64,000 bases of DNA from an uncultured Bacillaceae bacterium (lineage in GTDB: Bacteria > Bacillota > Bacilli > Bacillales > DSM-1321). Made by a program: the position numbers and the translations under genes. The DNA lies in NCBI GenBank assembly GCA_963751845.1, contig CAVVWH010000015.1, positions 10,578 to 74,577 on the forward strand, given 5' to 3'. Positions 42,514-52,197 of this stretch are shown in pieces; positions within the stretch are counted from its first letter, which is position 1, and each line of letters starts with the position of its first letter. Below the pieces are notes generated by a model. The model saw nothing but the letters and a program-made list of their open reading frames with translations. It searched no databases and was not told where the DNA came from.

Positions 42514-43842
42514 ATGAGTTATCAAGAGATTTATAGAGCAAAGTGTTGTACTGCAGAAGAAGCTGTCCGATTGGTTGAACCAGGTGATGCTATTATTTTA
42601 CCAATTAATCCGGGAGAACCACCTGCTTTGCTTGAAGCACTGCCATCAAATCCCAGACTTTATGGGAACAGTCTATACCGTATGCTTCCTGGCTATCCGA
42701 TTCTTAATGTTGAACAGGAAAGGATCAAACAAATTTCTATGTTCCTTGGAACCTTTGACCGTAAAGCATTCAGTGAAGGAATAACCGCTCTGCTTCCTAA
42801 CCACTTTTCTGACGTTCCTTCATTATTGAAGCTTGCCGCACCTCCAACTAAACGCGTAATTATGGCAGCTGTTTCTCCAATGGATGAAGAAGGATATTTT
42901 TCACTCGGAACAAGTATCAGCTATGTTGGTCCATTGTTGGGTGACGCTAAATCCATCATTCTCGAAGTCAATAAAAATATGCCGTGGACATTTGGCGAAC
43001 AGAACCGAGTTCATATCAGCCAGGTAACGGCATTAATAGAAAATAATTTTGATTTACCTTCACTTTCCAATCCAATTCTCAGCAATAAAGACATGAAAAT
43101 TGGCCAAATAATCGCTGAATTAATTCATAATGGTGACACGGTTCAAATTGGGTTTGGTTCAATGCCTAACGCTGTTATAGAGTATTTGAAAGGACACCGT
43201 GACCTTGGGATACATTCAGAAATGCTTCCTGACAAGGTTGTAGATTTATATGAAAACGGTGTTATTACAAATATGAATAAACAAATTTTTAAAGGAAAAA
43301 CAACGGCAACATTTGCTCTTGGTTCCAGGAAATTGTACGATTTTATGAATAATAATAAAGATATTCTTATGTTGTCTTGCAATGTTACCAATGATCTCCG
43401 AAACATAGCCCAACTAGATAACCTCGTATCGATTAATTCTACTGTTGAGATTGATTTTCTTGGGCAGTGTAATTCTGAGACGATGAACGGAAAATACTAT
43501 TCTTCTACAGGAGGACAGGCGGATTTTGTAAAAGGGGTTCGCATGACGGAAAATGGCCGTGGGATTATTTGTCTTTATTCTACAGCTAAAAATGATACGA
43601 TCTCAAAAATTGTTTCCGCGTTGCCAAAAGGTTCAGTGGTGACTACGTCTAAAAATGATGTTGAAATTGTAGTCACAGAATATGGGAAAGCTGATTTGAA
43701 AGGAAAAACAGTTCAAGGCCGTACAGAAGCTCTTATTAAAATTGCCCATCCCAAGTTTAGGGAGCAACTGACTTTTGAGGCCGTTAAGTGCGGCTTCCTC
43801 CCACAAAAGAACTTTTTTATCCCACTCTTAACGGGACAGTAA
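42514..43842 (+). CDS. Acetyl-CoA hydrolase/CoA-transferase (4-hydroxybutyrate CoA-transferase type)
   Basis: QIGFG, GIHSEM, TGGQADF, VTEYG, IAHPKFR. Confidence 0.9.
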   Translation: MSYQEIYRAKCCTAEEAVRLVEPGDAIILPINPGEPPALLEALPSNPRLYGNSLYRMLPGYPILNVEQERIKQISMFLGTFDRKAFSEGITALLPNHFSDVPSLLKLAAPPTKRVIMAAVSPMDEEGYFSLGTSISYVGPLLGDAKSIILEVNKNMPWTFGEQNRVHISQVTALIENNFDLPSLSNPILSNKDMKIGQIIAELIHNGDTVQIGFGSMPNAVIEYLKGHRDLGIHSEMLPDKVVDLYENGVITNMNKQIFKGKTTATFALGSRKLYDFMNNNKDILMLSCNVTNDLRNIAQLDNLVSINSTVEIDFLGQCNSETMNGKYYSSTGGQADFVKGVRMTENGRGIICLYSTAKNDTISKIVSALPKGSVVTTSKNDVEIVVTEYGKADLKGKTVQGRTEALIKIAHPKFREQLTFEAVKCGFLPQKNFFIPLLTGQ

Positions 43843-43885
43843 GACTCCCACTACAAGAATCTGAGGATGCAAACGAAGGAAGATG
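43816..43885 (+). repeat. Partial bcr1-like repeat that supplies the CoA-transferase stop codon
   Basis: TTTATCCCACTCTTAACGGGACAGTAAGAC matches the element end. Confidence 0.75.
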
Positions 43886-43956
43886 GATTCTTTTTGATTC
43901 TTAATCTTAAGATATCCTCGTATAGTGTAAAAACACTAATTACGAGGGGGATTCAT

Positions 43957-44133
43957 GTGAAAAATGTGATCAGTGTTGTAGGAATCATAATGCTTTTTTT
44001 CGTTATGATGAGCTCATTTGTATTTTTTTATCAAAAAGCTATTAGTAATGGGATTCCAGTTATTGTTAGCGAACACCAATTTCAAACTGATTATTTCGAG
44101 GGATTTGTTAATAAAATAATTGAAAAGAATTAG
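43957..44133 (+). CDS. Small single-TM protein
   Basis: GTG start after GAGGGGG; hydrophobic N-terminus. Confidence 0.55.
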   Translation: MKNVISVVGIIMLFFVMMSSFVFFYQKAISNGIPVIVSEHQFQTDYFEGFVNKIIEKN

Positions 44134-44254
44134 CAGTCACACAAAGAAGAAAAATATGGGTAATCATTAGATTTATTGAAAAAAGCAAGTGAAATTTTAA
44201 CCCAAACCAATCTTGACTCAATTAACGTGTCGTGGTACTTTAATTTAGATAACA

Positions 44255-44412
44255 TTTTACTGGTGCTTCCATAGGAAGAGAATAGGGAAATCGTGTAAGA
44301 CGATGCGGAGCCCGCCACTGTAGTTGAGGAGTCGCTGTCATGACCACCAGAAAAAAATCTGGGAAGGGACAGTACGATGATGAATCAGAGCCAGGAGACC
44401 TGCCAGTAGAGA
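44255..44412 (+). ncRNA. Cobalamin riboswitch
   Basis: GGTG...AATAGGGAA...GCCCGCCACTGT...CTGGGAAGG...AGCCAGGAGACCTGCC B12 box; terminator at about 44430-44468. Confidence 0.95.
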
Positions 44413-44486
44413 ATGTTTTGAGATTCGGCAAATTCTCAGCCTATTTAGGCTGGGAATTTTTTTATTTTAAAGGGGGATAAGTAAGC

Positions 44487-45143
44487 ATGGAACAATTAAC
44501 AACAGAAGAAAAAGGCGGAGTATATAAGGCGATATTTAACAGAAGAGATATTCGTTCCTTTATAGATACTCCTATATCAGATGAGAAGGTATATAAAATA
44601 TTAGAAGCTGCTCATAGTGCTCCATCAGTTGGTTTTATGCAACCATGGAATTTTATTATAATCAAAGATAATGAGATTAAGAAGGGTCTCGCTAACGTTG
44701 TTGAAAAGGAACGACGTGCATTAGCTATACATTATGAAGGAACAGAGCGAGAATTAACCTTTTTAGATTTGAAAATTGCCGGAATTCTAGAAGCTCCCGT
44801 AACAATCTGTGTAACATGTAATCCGTTTAGTGCAGGTGATCATGTTTTGGGAAGAAATTCGATTCCGGAAACAGATTTAATGTCTACAAGTTGTGCCATA
44901 CAAAATATGTGGTTGGCTGCTTATGCAGAAGGATTAGCGATGGGGTGGGTTAGTTTTTATAAAAAAGCAGATGTCAGAACGATACTGAATATTCCTTATC
45001 ATATTGATCCTGTTGCCTTAATTTCAGTGGGATATACGGATTATTACCCGGATCGACCTTTGTTAGAAATCCATAAGTGGGAAAAACGTCAGTCATTAGA
45101 AAAATTAATTTTTGAAGATAAGTGGGAAAAGGAGGTCAGGTAA
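44487..45143 (+). CDS. bluB: 5,6-dimethylbenzimidazole synthase
   Basis: RRDIR, APSVGFMQPWNF, LGR...PETD, CAIQNMWL, GWVSF; B12 riboswitch upstream. Confidence 0.92.
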   Translation: MEQLTTEEKGGVYKAIFNRRDIRSFIDTPISDEKVYKILEAAHSAPSVGFMQPWNFIIIKDNEIKKGLANVVEKERRALAIHYEGTERELTFLDLKIAGILEAPVTICVTCNPFSAGDHVLGRNSIPETDLMSTSCAIQNMWLAAYAEGLAMGWVSFYKKADVRTILNIPYHIDPVALISVGYTDYYPDRPLLEIHKWEKRQSLEKLIFEDKWEKEVR

Positions 45144-45215
45144 TACTGAAGGTACAGAAAAAAATGGACTATATAAGAGAAGAGGCCATCAAATAGATAG
45201 CCTCTTCTTACTTAA

Positions 45216-46391
45216 TTAAATAATACGTACATTCACGATACCTTCAGCTTGGCATATTTTTTCTTCCAAGCCAGGAATAACGTCACCGTCTAAAGTATTA
45301 TCAATGTCAATCATAGTATAAGCGTAGTCACCACGACTTCTGTTTACCATGTCTGCAATGTTCAAATTGTAATTTGAAAGAGCAGCTGTAATATTTCCAA
45401 CCATGTTTGGAACATTTTTGTGATAAACTGTTACACGGCGTTTTCCTGTATATTCAAGGAAAGCATTTGGAAAATTTACTGAGTTTTTAATGTTTCCTGT
45501 TTCAAGGAAGTCCTTCACTTGACGTGCAGCCATAATTGCACAGTTTTCTTCTGCTTCAGCAGTAGATGCACCAAGGTGAGGAAGACAAACAGCATTTTTC
45601 ATTTTCAACACAGTTTGATTAGGAAAGTCAGTCACATATTTACCAACTTTTCCACTTTCAAGTGCAGCAGCCATATCATCTTCATTCGCAAGCTCACCAC
45701 GAGAGAAGTTTAAGATGTGTACGCCGTCTTTCATGATACTAAATGATTCTTTGTTGAACATTCCTCTAGTACCATCAACTAATGGAACATGTACAGTAAT
45801 GTAATCACTGTTAGCAAATAGTTGTTCAATTGTCATTGCACGTTGTACATTGCGAGAAAGGTTCCAAGCCGTATCAACAGAAATAAATGGATCAAACCCG
45901 ATTACGTCCATATCTAAATCAAGTGCATCGTTTGCAACTAGAGCCCCAATCGCGCCTAATCCAATAACGCCAAGTGTTTTTCCTTTAATTTCTTTACCAA
46001 CGAAAGCTTTTTTACCAGATTCAACAAGCTTTGGAACTTCGTCTCCCTTGCCATCTAAAGTCTTAGTCCAAGTTAAGCCTTCAAATAGATTACGAGAAGA
46101 AGCCATTAATGTTGTTAATACAAGTTCTTTTACCGCATTTGCATTGGCACCAGGTGTATTAAACACAACAATTCCTTGTTCTGTGTATTTGCTAACTGGA
46201 ATATTATTCGTACCTGCACCAGCACGTGCGATTGCTTTTACATTTTTGTCTAGTTCCATTTCGTGCATGTTAAAGCTACGAAGAAGGATCGCATCGGGAT
46301 TTTCTGTGTCGTTATTGATTGTGTAGTTGTCGCTGTTTAGTACATTTAAGCCACATTCAGCGATGTTGTTTAATGTTTTAACTGTAAACAT
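45216..46391 (-). CDS. serA: D-3-phosphoglycerate dehydrogenase (short type with ACT domain)
   Basis: RAGAG, NTPGANANAV, GLGAIG, PHLGAST, HKNVPNM ACT domain. Confidence 0.9.
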   Translation of the reverse strand: MFTVKTLNNIAECGLNVLNSDNYTINNDTENPDAILLRSFNMHEMELDKNVKAIARAGAGTNNIPVSKYTEQGIVVFNTPGANANAVKELVLTTLMASSRNLFEGLTWTKTLDGKGDEVPKLVESGKKAFVGKEIKGKTLGVIGLGAIGALVANDALDLDMDVIGFDPFISVDTAWNLSRNVQRAMTIEQLFANSDYITVHVPLVDGTRGMFNKESFSIMKDGVHILNFSRGELANEDDMAAALESGKVGKYVTDFPNQTVLKMKNAVCLPHLGASTAEAEENCAIMAARQVKDFLETGNIKNSVNFPNAFLEYTGKRRVTVYHKNVPNMVGNITAALSNYNLNIADMVNRSRGDYAYTMIDIDNTLDGDVIPGLEEKICQAEGIVNVRII

Positions 46392-46593
46392 TTGTTTGGT
46401 TCTCTCCTTTTTAAATGCTGTTTTCTATAAATTATAACAATTACTAATAAGATAACTAGTAATCATCTAATCTGGCTACATGAGCGAATTTGTTAAACGT
46501 ACCTCATTAAAAAACACGACTTTTCTCTATAGAGGAGAAGGTCGACTGCCTCTTATACTACTTTAACGCTTTAAAGAGCTTAAATAAAGGGGT

Positions 46594-46622
46594 AAAAAAA
46601 GAGATTGGTGTCCACCAATCTC
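46594..46622 (-). terminator. Terminator in the serA leader
   Basis: gagattggtg-ga-caccaatctc followed by T7 on the minus strand. Confidence 0.85.
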
Positions 46623-46660
46623 ATAAAACGTCAGAATAACAATAAAAAAGAAACTCGTTA

Positions 46661-46760
46661 CTCTTCTGTCCTTTTGCCTGAGATCGTGAACCCTTCGGCG
46701 CTGCAATTTTTTACATTCTCTCCAGAAGCTGCTCCTGTTATAGTATGGACCATAACAATC
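46661..46760 (-). ncRNA. Singlet glycine riboswitch
   Basis: CTTCTGGAGAG...CGCCGAAGGG...TCTCAGGCAAAAGGACAGAAG; one aptamer preceded by a short 5' hairpin. Confidence 0.88.
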
Positions 46761-47225
46761 AAAGCATGATAATTATTTAATTGTGTGTAAAAGAATTATT
46801 TTCAATTTAAAATAAGTAAATTTACTTTCTAATTATTTTGAAATAATAAGAATTTTATCAGTATTTGTTCAATTGGTCAAGACCGTAAAGAGGATTAAAT
46901 TGAATTTAATGAAAATTGATTCTATTTTCATTCCTACCTTTTTATTTTAGCATACAACTAAGGACTACTTATGCCAAGCAATTTGTTTCTTTTGAGACAT
47001 TTTTTCATTAGCTTTATGTAAAGCTGACATAATATATCTTTTTTGGTTAGTGAATCAAACTATTCAATGATGAATTGGTTTGATAAGGTGCTATTTCTTT
47101 TTTGACATAATTTCCAATATAAGTAATATTTTTATTTTCAATGTAATCCTCCTCGTGTTTATTCATATGATACACAACCGAGAGTAAATTAGAGTGAGTA
47201 TTATCATAAAAATGGGGGATTCATA

Positions 47226-48395
47226 ATGAACCATTTTCGAGCTTCTGAAGAAGAAATTCTATTATTAAAAAAATCGATTGAAGCTTTTGCCAAAAAGGAA
47301 ATTGAGGATCAATATATCAAATGGGAAAAAGCTAAAGCGATTCCTCGTGAACTTTGGATTAAATTAGGAGAAGCAGGTTTTCTTTGTGTAGATATTCCTG
47401 AGCAATATGGTGGTTTAGGAGCTCCTTTACAATTTGCTACCATCATCATCACCGAATTTAGCAGGCTTGGATATAGTTCGCTAGCTGTCAATTTATCAGT
47501 GCATTCAAACATAGTAGCCCATTACATTTTAGATGCAGGAACGGAAGAACAAAAAGCAAATTATTTACCAAAAATGGCTTCGGGTGAGTTGATAGGTGCT
47601 ATAGCAATGACTGAACCTGGAGCTGGTAGTGATTTACAAGGCATTAAAACAAATGCAGTTAAAAATGAGGTCACTAATGATTATATATTAAATGGCTCTA
47701 AAACGTTTATAACGAACGGTCAAAGCTTTGATTTTGTAGTGGTTGTCACAAGATCCAATCAAACATCAGCTGCATCAAAAGGTACTACCCTCTTTATCGT
47801 CGATGCAAACAGTAAAGGTTTAATAAAAGGGAAAACATTAAAAAAAATAGGTTTGCATGCAGCGGATACATCCGAAGTATTTTTTGAGAATGTTCTTGTG
47901 TCGTCGAACCAAATACTAGGTAATCTTAACGAAGGTTTTATGATTTTAATGAAGGAATTACCACGGGAACGAATCATTTTAGCAGCAGCTGCGATTGGTG
48001 CAATGGAAGGAGCTTTGGAGCTAACCATTCAATATATCAACGAACGTGAGGCGTTCGGTCAACCTCTAAGTAATTTACAAGTGATTCGGCATAAAATGGC
48101 TGAAATGGTAACAGATATGAGAGTCAATCGAGCCTTTGTCAATGAATGTTTAGTTTTGTTGGAGAATCATAAATTAACAACAGCAGAAGCAAGTATGGCC
48201 AAATTGGCTGCTGCTGAAGCGCAAGGAAGAATTGTAGATGGTTGCTTACAGCTGTTTGGCGGCTATGGGTATATGGAAGAATATCCAATTTCACGGGCAT
48301 ATACCGATGCCAGAGTTCAGCGTATTTATGGGGGGACATCGGAAATTATGAAAGAAATTATCAGTAAGGATTTATTAGGAAAAAAAAGAAATTAG
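47226..48395 (+). CDS. Acyl-CoA dehydrogenase (long-chain-like)
   Basis: MTEPGAGSD, GSKTFITNG, ELPRER, IYGGTSEI. Confidence 0.92.
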   Translation: MNHFRASEEEILLLKKSIEAFAKKEIEDQYIKWEKAKAIPRELWIKLGEAGFLCVDIPEQYGGLGAPLQFATIIITEFSRLGYSSLAVNLSVHSNIVAHYILDAGTEEQKANYLPKMASGELIGAIAMTEPGAGSDLQGIKTNAVKNEVTNDYILNGSKTFITNGQSFDFVVVVTRSNQTSAASKGTTLFIVDANSKGLIKGKTLKKIGLHAADTSEVFFENVLVSSNQILGNLNEGFMILMKELPRERIILAAAAIGAMEGALELTIQYINEREAFGQPLSNLQVIRHKMAEMVTDMRVNRAFVNECLVLLENHKLTTAEASMAKLAAAEAQGRIVDGCLQLFGGYGYMEEYPISRAYTDARVQRIYGGTSEIMKEIISKDLLGKKRN

Positions 48396-48551
48396 TTGAT
48401 ATGAGTAGTATTTGGTGACGATGGAATTTAAATGTTACTACATTATACATTCATTCGAGATAGTTTGTTTAATAAATATTCAATAAGCTGGGTATAGGGT
48501 AAGGCACCGATCGTATCACCATCCTGATGAAGGGTGCTAAACCTGAAAAAA

Positions 48552-48678
48552 TATCTTTATTTCGAGAAATTTTTTTGATATGATTATTCAAGAAGGAATA
48601 CTAAACCAATTTTAGTAAACAATCCTTCTTTTATTTTAGATAGATATCTTTAACTAAAAATATATTAAATCGAGATAA
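48552..48678. promoter_or_regulatory. Putative MhqR operators
   Basis: TATCT...TCGAGA-type half-sites at about 48552-48568 and 48661-48677, upstream of mhq-like genes. Confidence 0.45.
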
Positions 48679-48852
48679 TATTGAAGAATGTACTTTCAAT
48701 AGGTAGCAGTCAATATAAAATATACCTTGCGAGCATTGCTGCAATGATTGGAGTAGCGTGAGATGGACTAGGCCAAAATATAACAGATACTTACTTTTTT
48801 AATGAAATAAAGGAGTTCGATTATATTAAAAAAGCAAAAGGGAGTGTGCAAA

Positions 48853-49806
48853 ATGGGGTTGAAAACAGCAGGAATTCACCACATTACATCAATGGTTACA
48901 AATCCACAAAGAAATATTGATTTTTATACAGGCGTACTTGGTCTGAGATTAATTAAGAAGACAATAAATTTTGATGTTCCAGAAGTCTATCATTTGTATT
49001 TTGGCAACGAATCAGGTGATCCAGGTACAGTCATCACTTTTTTTCCTTGGGTGAAACTTTTAAAAGGACGAATTGGTACAGGGCAAGTAGGAAGTACAGT
49101 ATTTAACATACCGCTAGGCTCAATGGATTTTTGGGAACTACGTCTTAAAACCTTTGGGATTGAGTTTGAAATAACGATGCGATTTTTTGAAACCTTTTTA
49201 TCATTCTCAGATCCTGATGGCCTTCAAATCGAGTTAGTTGAAAGAAAAGAAGGGGAACCAAATAAATGGGCATTTTCTGATATTCAACCGAAACATGCCA
49301 TTAAAGGATTTGGTGGTGCGACTCTATTTTCAGCTCAACCAAGTAAAACAGCAGATGTTTTGGAAAATATGTTAGGGTTAGAATTTATTGGTCAAGATGA
49401 AAAAGATTTATATATTCGCTTTAAATCGTATGGTGAGATTGGCAATATCATTGATATTAAGATCCAGCCTTCTGTGCGAGGCTTAGCAGGTGCAGGTACT
49501 GTACACCACATTGCTTGGCGGGCAAAAGACGATGTGGAGCATAAAAAATGGCATGAACTTCTTTTACAAGAAGGATATAATCCAACTGAAATTCTTGATC
49601 GTAATTACTTTAGGGCCTTGTACTTTCATGAAGAAGGAGGGATTCTTTTTGAAATTGCAACGGATGTTCCTGGATTTACTGTTGATGAAACGATAGAAGA
49701 ACTTGGAACAAAACTAGTATTACCTTCTTGGTATGAACCACGACGGGAGGAGTTTGAAGCTAAGTTACCTCAAGTAGAGGTACGTTTAATAAAGGGGGAG
49801 CAATAA
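48853..49806 (+). CDS. mhqO: Ring-cleaving dioxygenase (MhqO-like VOC family)
   Basis: GIHHIT, YHLYFG, HHIAWR, DRNYF, FEIATD. Confidence 0.85.
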   Translation: MGLKTAGIHHITSMVTNPQRNIDFYTGVLGLRLIKKTINFDVPEVYHLYFGNESGDPGTVITFFPWVKLLKGRIGTGQVGSTVFNIPLGSMDFWELRLKTFGIEFEITMRFFETFLSFSDPDGLQIELVERKEGEPNKWAFSDIQPKHAIKGFGGATLFSAQPSKTADVLENMLGLEFIGQDEKDLYIRFKSYGEIGNIIDIKIQPSVRGLAGAGTVHHIAWRAKDDVEHKKWHELLLQEGYNPTEILDRNYFRALYFHEEGGILFEIATDVPGFTVDETIEELGTKLVLPSWYEPRREEFEAKLPQVEVRLIKGEQ

Positions 49807-50417
49807 TGAAGCATCTTTTTAACCAAGGGAAAAATAAGGAAAAACCTACCTTGTTATTATTGCATGGAACAGGAGGAAATGAACTCAGTTTATTACCTGT
49901 AGCAGGAAGGATTGATGAAGAAGCATCTATTCTTAGTGTTCGTGGGGATGTCTTGGAAAATGGTATGCCGAGATTTTTTAAACGTTTATCTGAAGGTGTT
50001 TTTGATGTCGAAGATTTAATTTTACGTACAAAACAATTGTATGAATTTTTACATGATGCTTCAAATGAGTATGGATTTGATAGAGAGAATGTTGTTGCTC
50101 TAGGTTATTCTAATGGTGCGAATATTGCTGCAAGTCTATTATTCCATTATGGAGATGCAGTAAAAGGTGCGATTCTTCATCATCCGGTGGTTCCAAGGCA
50201 TGGCATAAAATTGCCAAGCTTAACGGGATTACCCGTATTCATTTCAGCTGGAAAAAATGATCCTATTTGTTCTCCATTAGAATCTGAAGAATTATATACA
50301 AAATTAAGTCATGTAGGAGCTGATGTTACAATTCATTGGGAAAATCATGGACATTCATTAACTCAAACTGAATTAAAAGCAGCAGCGGAATGGTACAATA
50401 ATCATTTCGTTAAGTGA
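49806..50417 (+). CDS. mhqD: Alpha/beta hydrolase (MhqD-like)
   Basis: LLHGTGG, GYSNG, GxNDP, GH catalytic triad motifs. Confidence 0.82.
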   Translation: MKHLFNQGKNKEKPTLLLLHGTGGNELSLLPVAGRIDEEASILSVRGDVLENGMPRFFKRLSEGVFDVEDLILRTKQLYEFLHDASNEYGFDRENVVALGYSNGANIAASLLFHYGDAVKGAILHHPVVPRHGIKLPSLTGLPVFISAGKNDPICSPLESEELYTKLSHVGADVTIHWENHGHSLTQTELKAAAEWYNNHFVK

Positions 50418-50514
50418 AGCAATTCTAGGTAATTTTTTTCTATTCCTTATTGACTTACAGCTCATTTTAGCTAAGGATAGTAATATACTATATTATTTTT
50501 ACTTGGAGGATACG

Positions 50515-51915
50515 ATGAAATTTATTAGTACACGTGGAAATGTAAGTGAAATTGGTTTTATTGATACAGTCTTGATGGGACTGGCAAATGATGGGGGACT
50601 TTTAATTCCAGAAAAAATTCCACAAATTCCCGCAGAGAAGCTACAGTCAATGTCTCGGTTGACCTATCAGGAATTAGCATACGAAATCATTTCTTATTAT
50701 GTAGATGGTGAAATTCCTGATCATGAGCTTAAGGAATTAGTTGAGAAAAGCTATGCAACCTTCCGGGAACCAGAGATAACTCCTGTTAAAAAGGTAAAGG
50801 ATAACATGTATGTGCTTGAGCTGTTCCATGGTCCAACCTTTGCATTTAAAGATGTGGCTCTGCAATTTTTAGGGAATTTATATTCCTATATAGCAAAGAA
50901 GACAGGAGAAACGATCAATATTCTTGGTGCTACTTCAGGGGATACAGGTGCATCAGCCATTGAAGGCGTCAGAGGAAAAGAAGGGATTCGCATTTGTATT
51001 CTGCACCCGCATGGAAAAGTAAGCAAGGTACAAGAATTACAAATGACGACCGTTCATGATGAAAGTGTTTTAAATTTAGCAATAGAAGGAACGTTTGATG
51101 ATGGTCAAAGAATCATCAAGGAATTATTCGCAGATTTGGATTTCAAAAACAAATATCATTTGCGTGCGATTAATTCCATTAACTTTGCTCGTATTTTAGC
51201 GCAAACCGTTTATTATTTCTATGCATATTTCCAAGTAGCCAAGGAGAAAGACATAAAGAGTCTTAATTTCAGTGTGCCAACCGGAAATTTCGGAGACATC
51301 TTTGCTGGTTATTTGGCGAAGAGAATGGGTCTTCCAGTTGGAAAGCTCATTGTTGCGACGAATGAAAATAATATATTAGAACGTTTTATCCAAGATGGAG
51401 TGTATGAGCCTAGCGAGTTCCACAGCACATATAGTCCATCTATGGATATCCAAGTTGCCAGCAATTTCGAGCGTTATCTATACTACTTACTTGATGAAAA
51501 TCCAAGCGCCGTTTCTGCCTTAATGGCTCAATTCAAGTCCGAAGGTAAAATTGTCGTGAATGAGGAACAACTTCGCCAAGTTAAAGAGGATTTCGCGGCA
51601 CATGGAGTAGTAGGAGAAGAATGCTTACAAACAATTAAAAAGTATTATGCTGAATCAAATTATTTACTTGATCCACATACTTCTTGTGGGGTTGCTGCAT
51701 ATGAAGCTTGTAATAATCCTAGTGAAGTATTTGTCACACTTTCCACTGCTCATCCTGCAAAATTTAATGAATCAATTGCTCTTTGTGATATTGAACAGAC
51801 ATACCCTGAACAAATTAGTCAATTGTTTGATAAACCGCAATATTACGAAGTTGTTGGGGCGGAAAATGATGAAATTGTTCGACAATTAGAGAAGCATTTC
51901 TCCGCTTCAATCTAA
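50515..51915 (+). CDS. thrC: Threonine synthase (long type)
   Basis: MKFISTRG, FHGPTFAFKD, ATSGDTG, NSINFAR, PTGNFGD, TAHPAKF. Confidence 0.95.
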   Translation: MKFISTRGNVSEIGFIDTVLMGLANDGGLLIPEKIPQIPAEKLQSMSRLTYQELAYEIISYYVDGEIPDHELKELVEKSYATFREPEITPVKKVKDNMYVLELFHGPTFAFKDVALQFLGNLYSYIAKKTGETINILGATSGDTGASAIEGVRGKEGIRICILHPHGKVSKVQELQMTTVHDESVLNLAIEGTFDDGQRIIKELFADLDFKNKYHLRAINSINFARILAQTVYYFYAYFQVAKEKDIKSLNFSVPTGNFGDIFAGYLAKRMGLPVGKLIVATNENNILERFIQDGVYEPSEFHSTYSPSMDIQVASNFERYLYYLLDENPSAVSALMAQFKSEGKIVVNEEQLRQVKEDFAAHGVVGEECLQTIKKYYAESNYLLDPHTSCGVAAYEACNNPSEVFVTLSTAHPAKFNESIALCDIEQTYPEQISQLFDKPQYYEVVGAENDEIVRQLEKHFSASI

Positions 51916-52197
51916 TATTAGTTGGTAAAGTAGGTAGTAGAGGAGCATTTGTTCCTAATCATTATGATTAATTTATTCTTCAAAAAAGCGTAGAAGGACG
52001 ATTATACCAATATAATCGTCCTTCTACGCCTTACTTATTTAGGTAGCATGATTAATTCTATGTTGTCAATAGATAAATTTAAAACATTTATTAACATTTT
52101 TGTTGATTTTTTGTCTAAAAAGGTGATATTTTGAAATAGGGAAAATGATATGGAAATTTCATTAATTTCAATTTTTTAGGGGAAAAGGGGTAACAAT

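Noticed and set aside
47049-47068. FadR box upstream of the second acyl-CoA dehydrogenase
   Set aside because: TGAAT...ATTCA is palindromic but shorter than the Bacillus FadR consensus; too weak to call.
48493-48545. Hairpin region as a riboswitch (fluoride or c-di-GMP)
   Set aside because: Lacks the conserved nucleotides of those aptamers; more likely a terminator-like structure after the acyl-CoA dehydrogenase.
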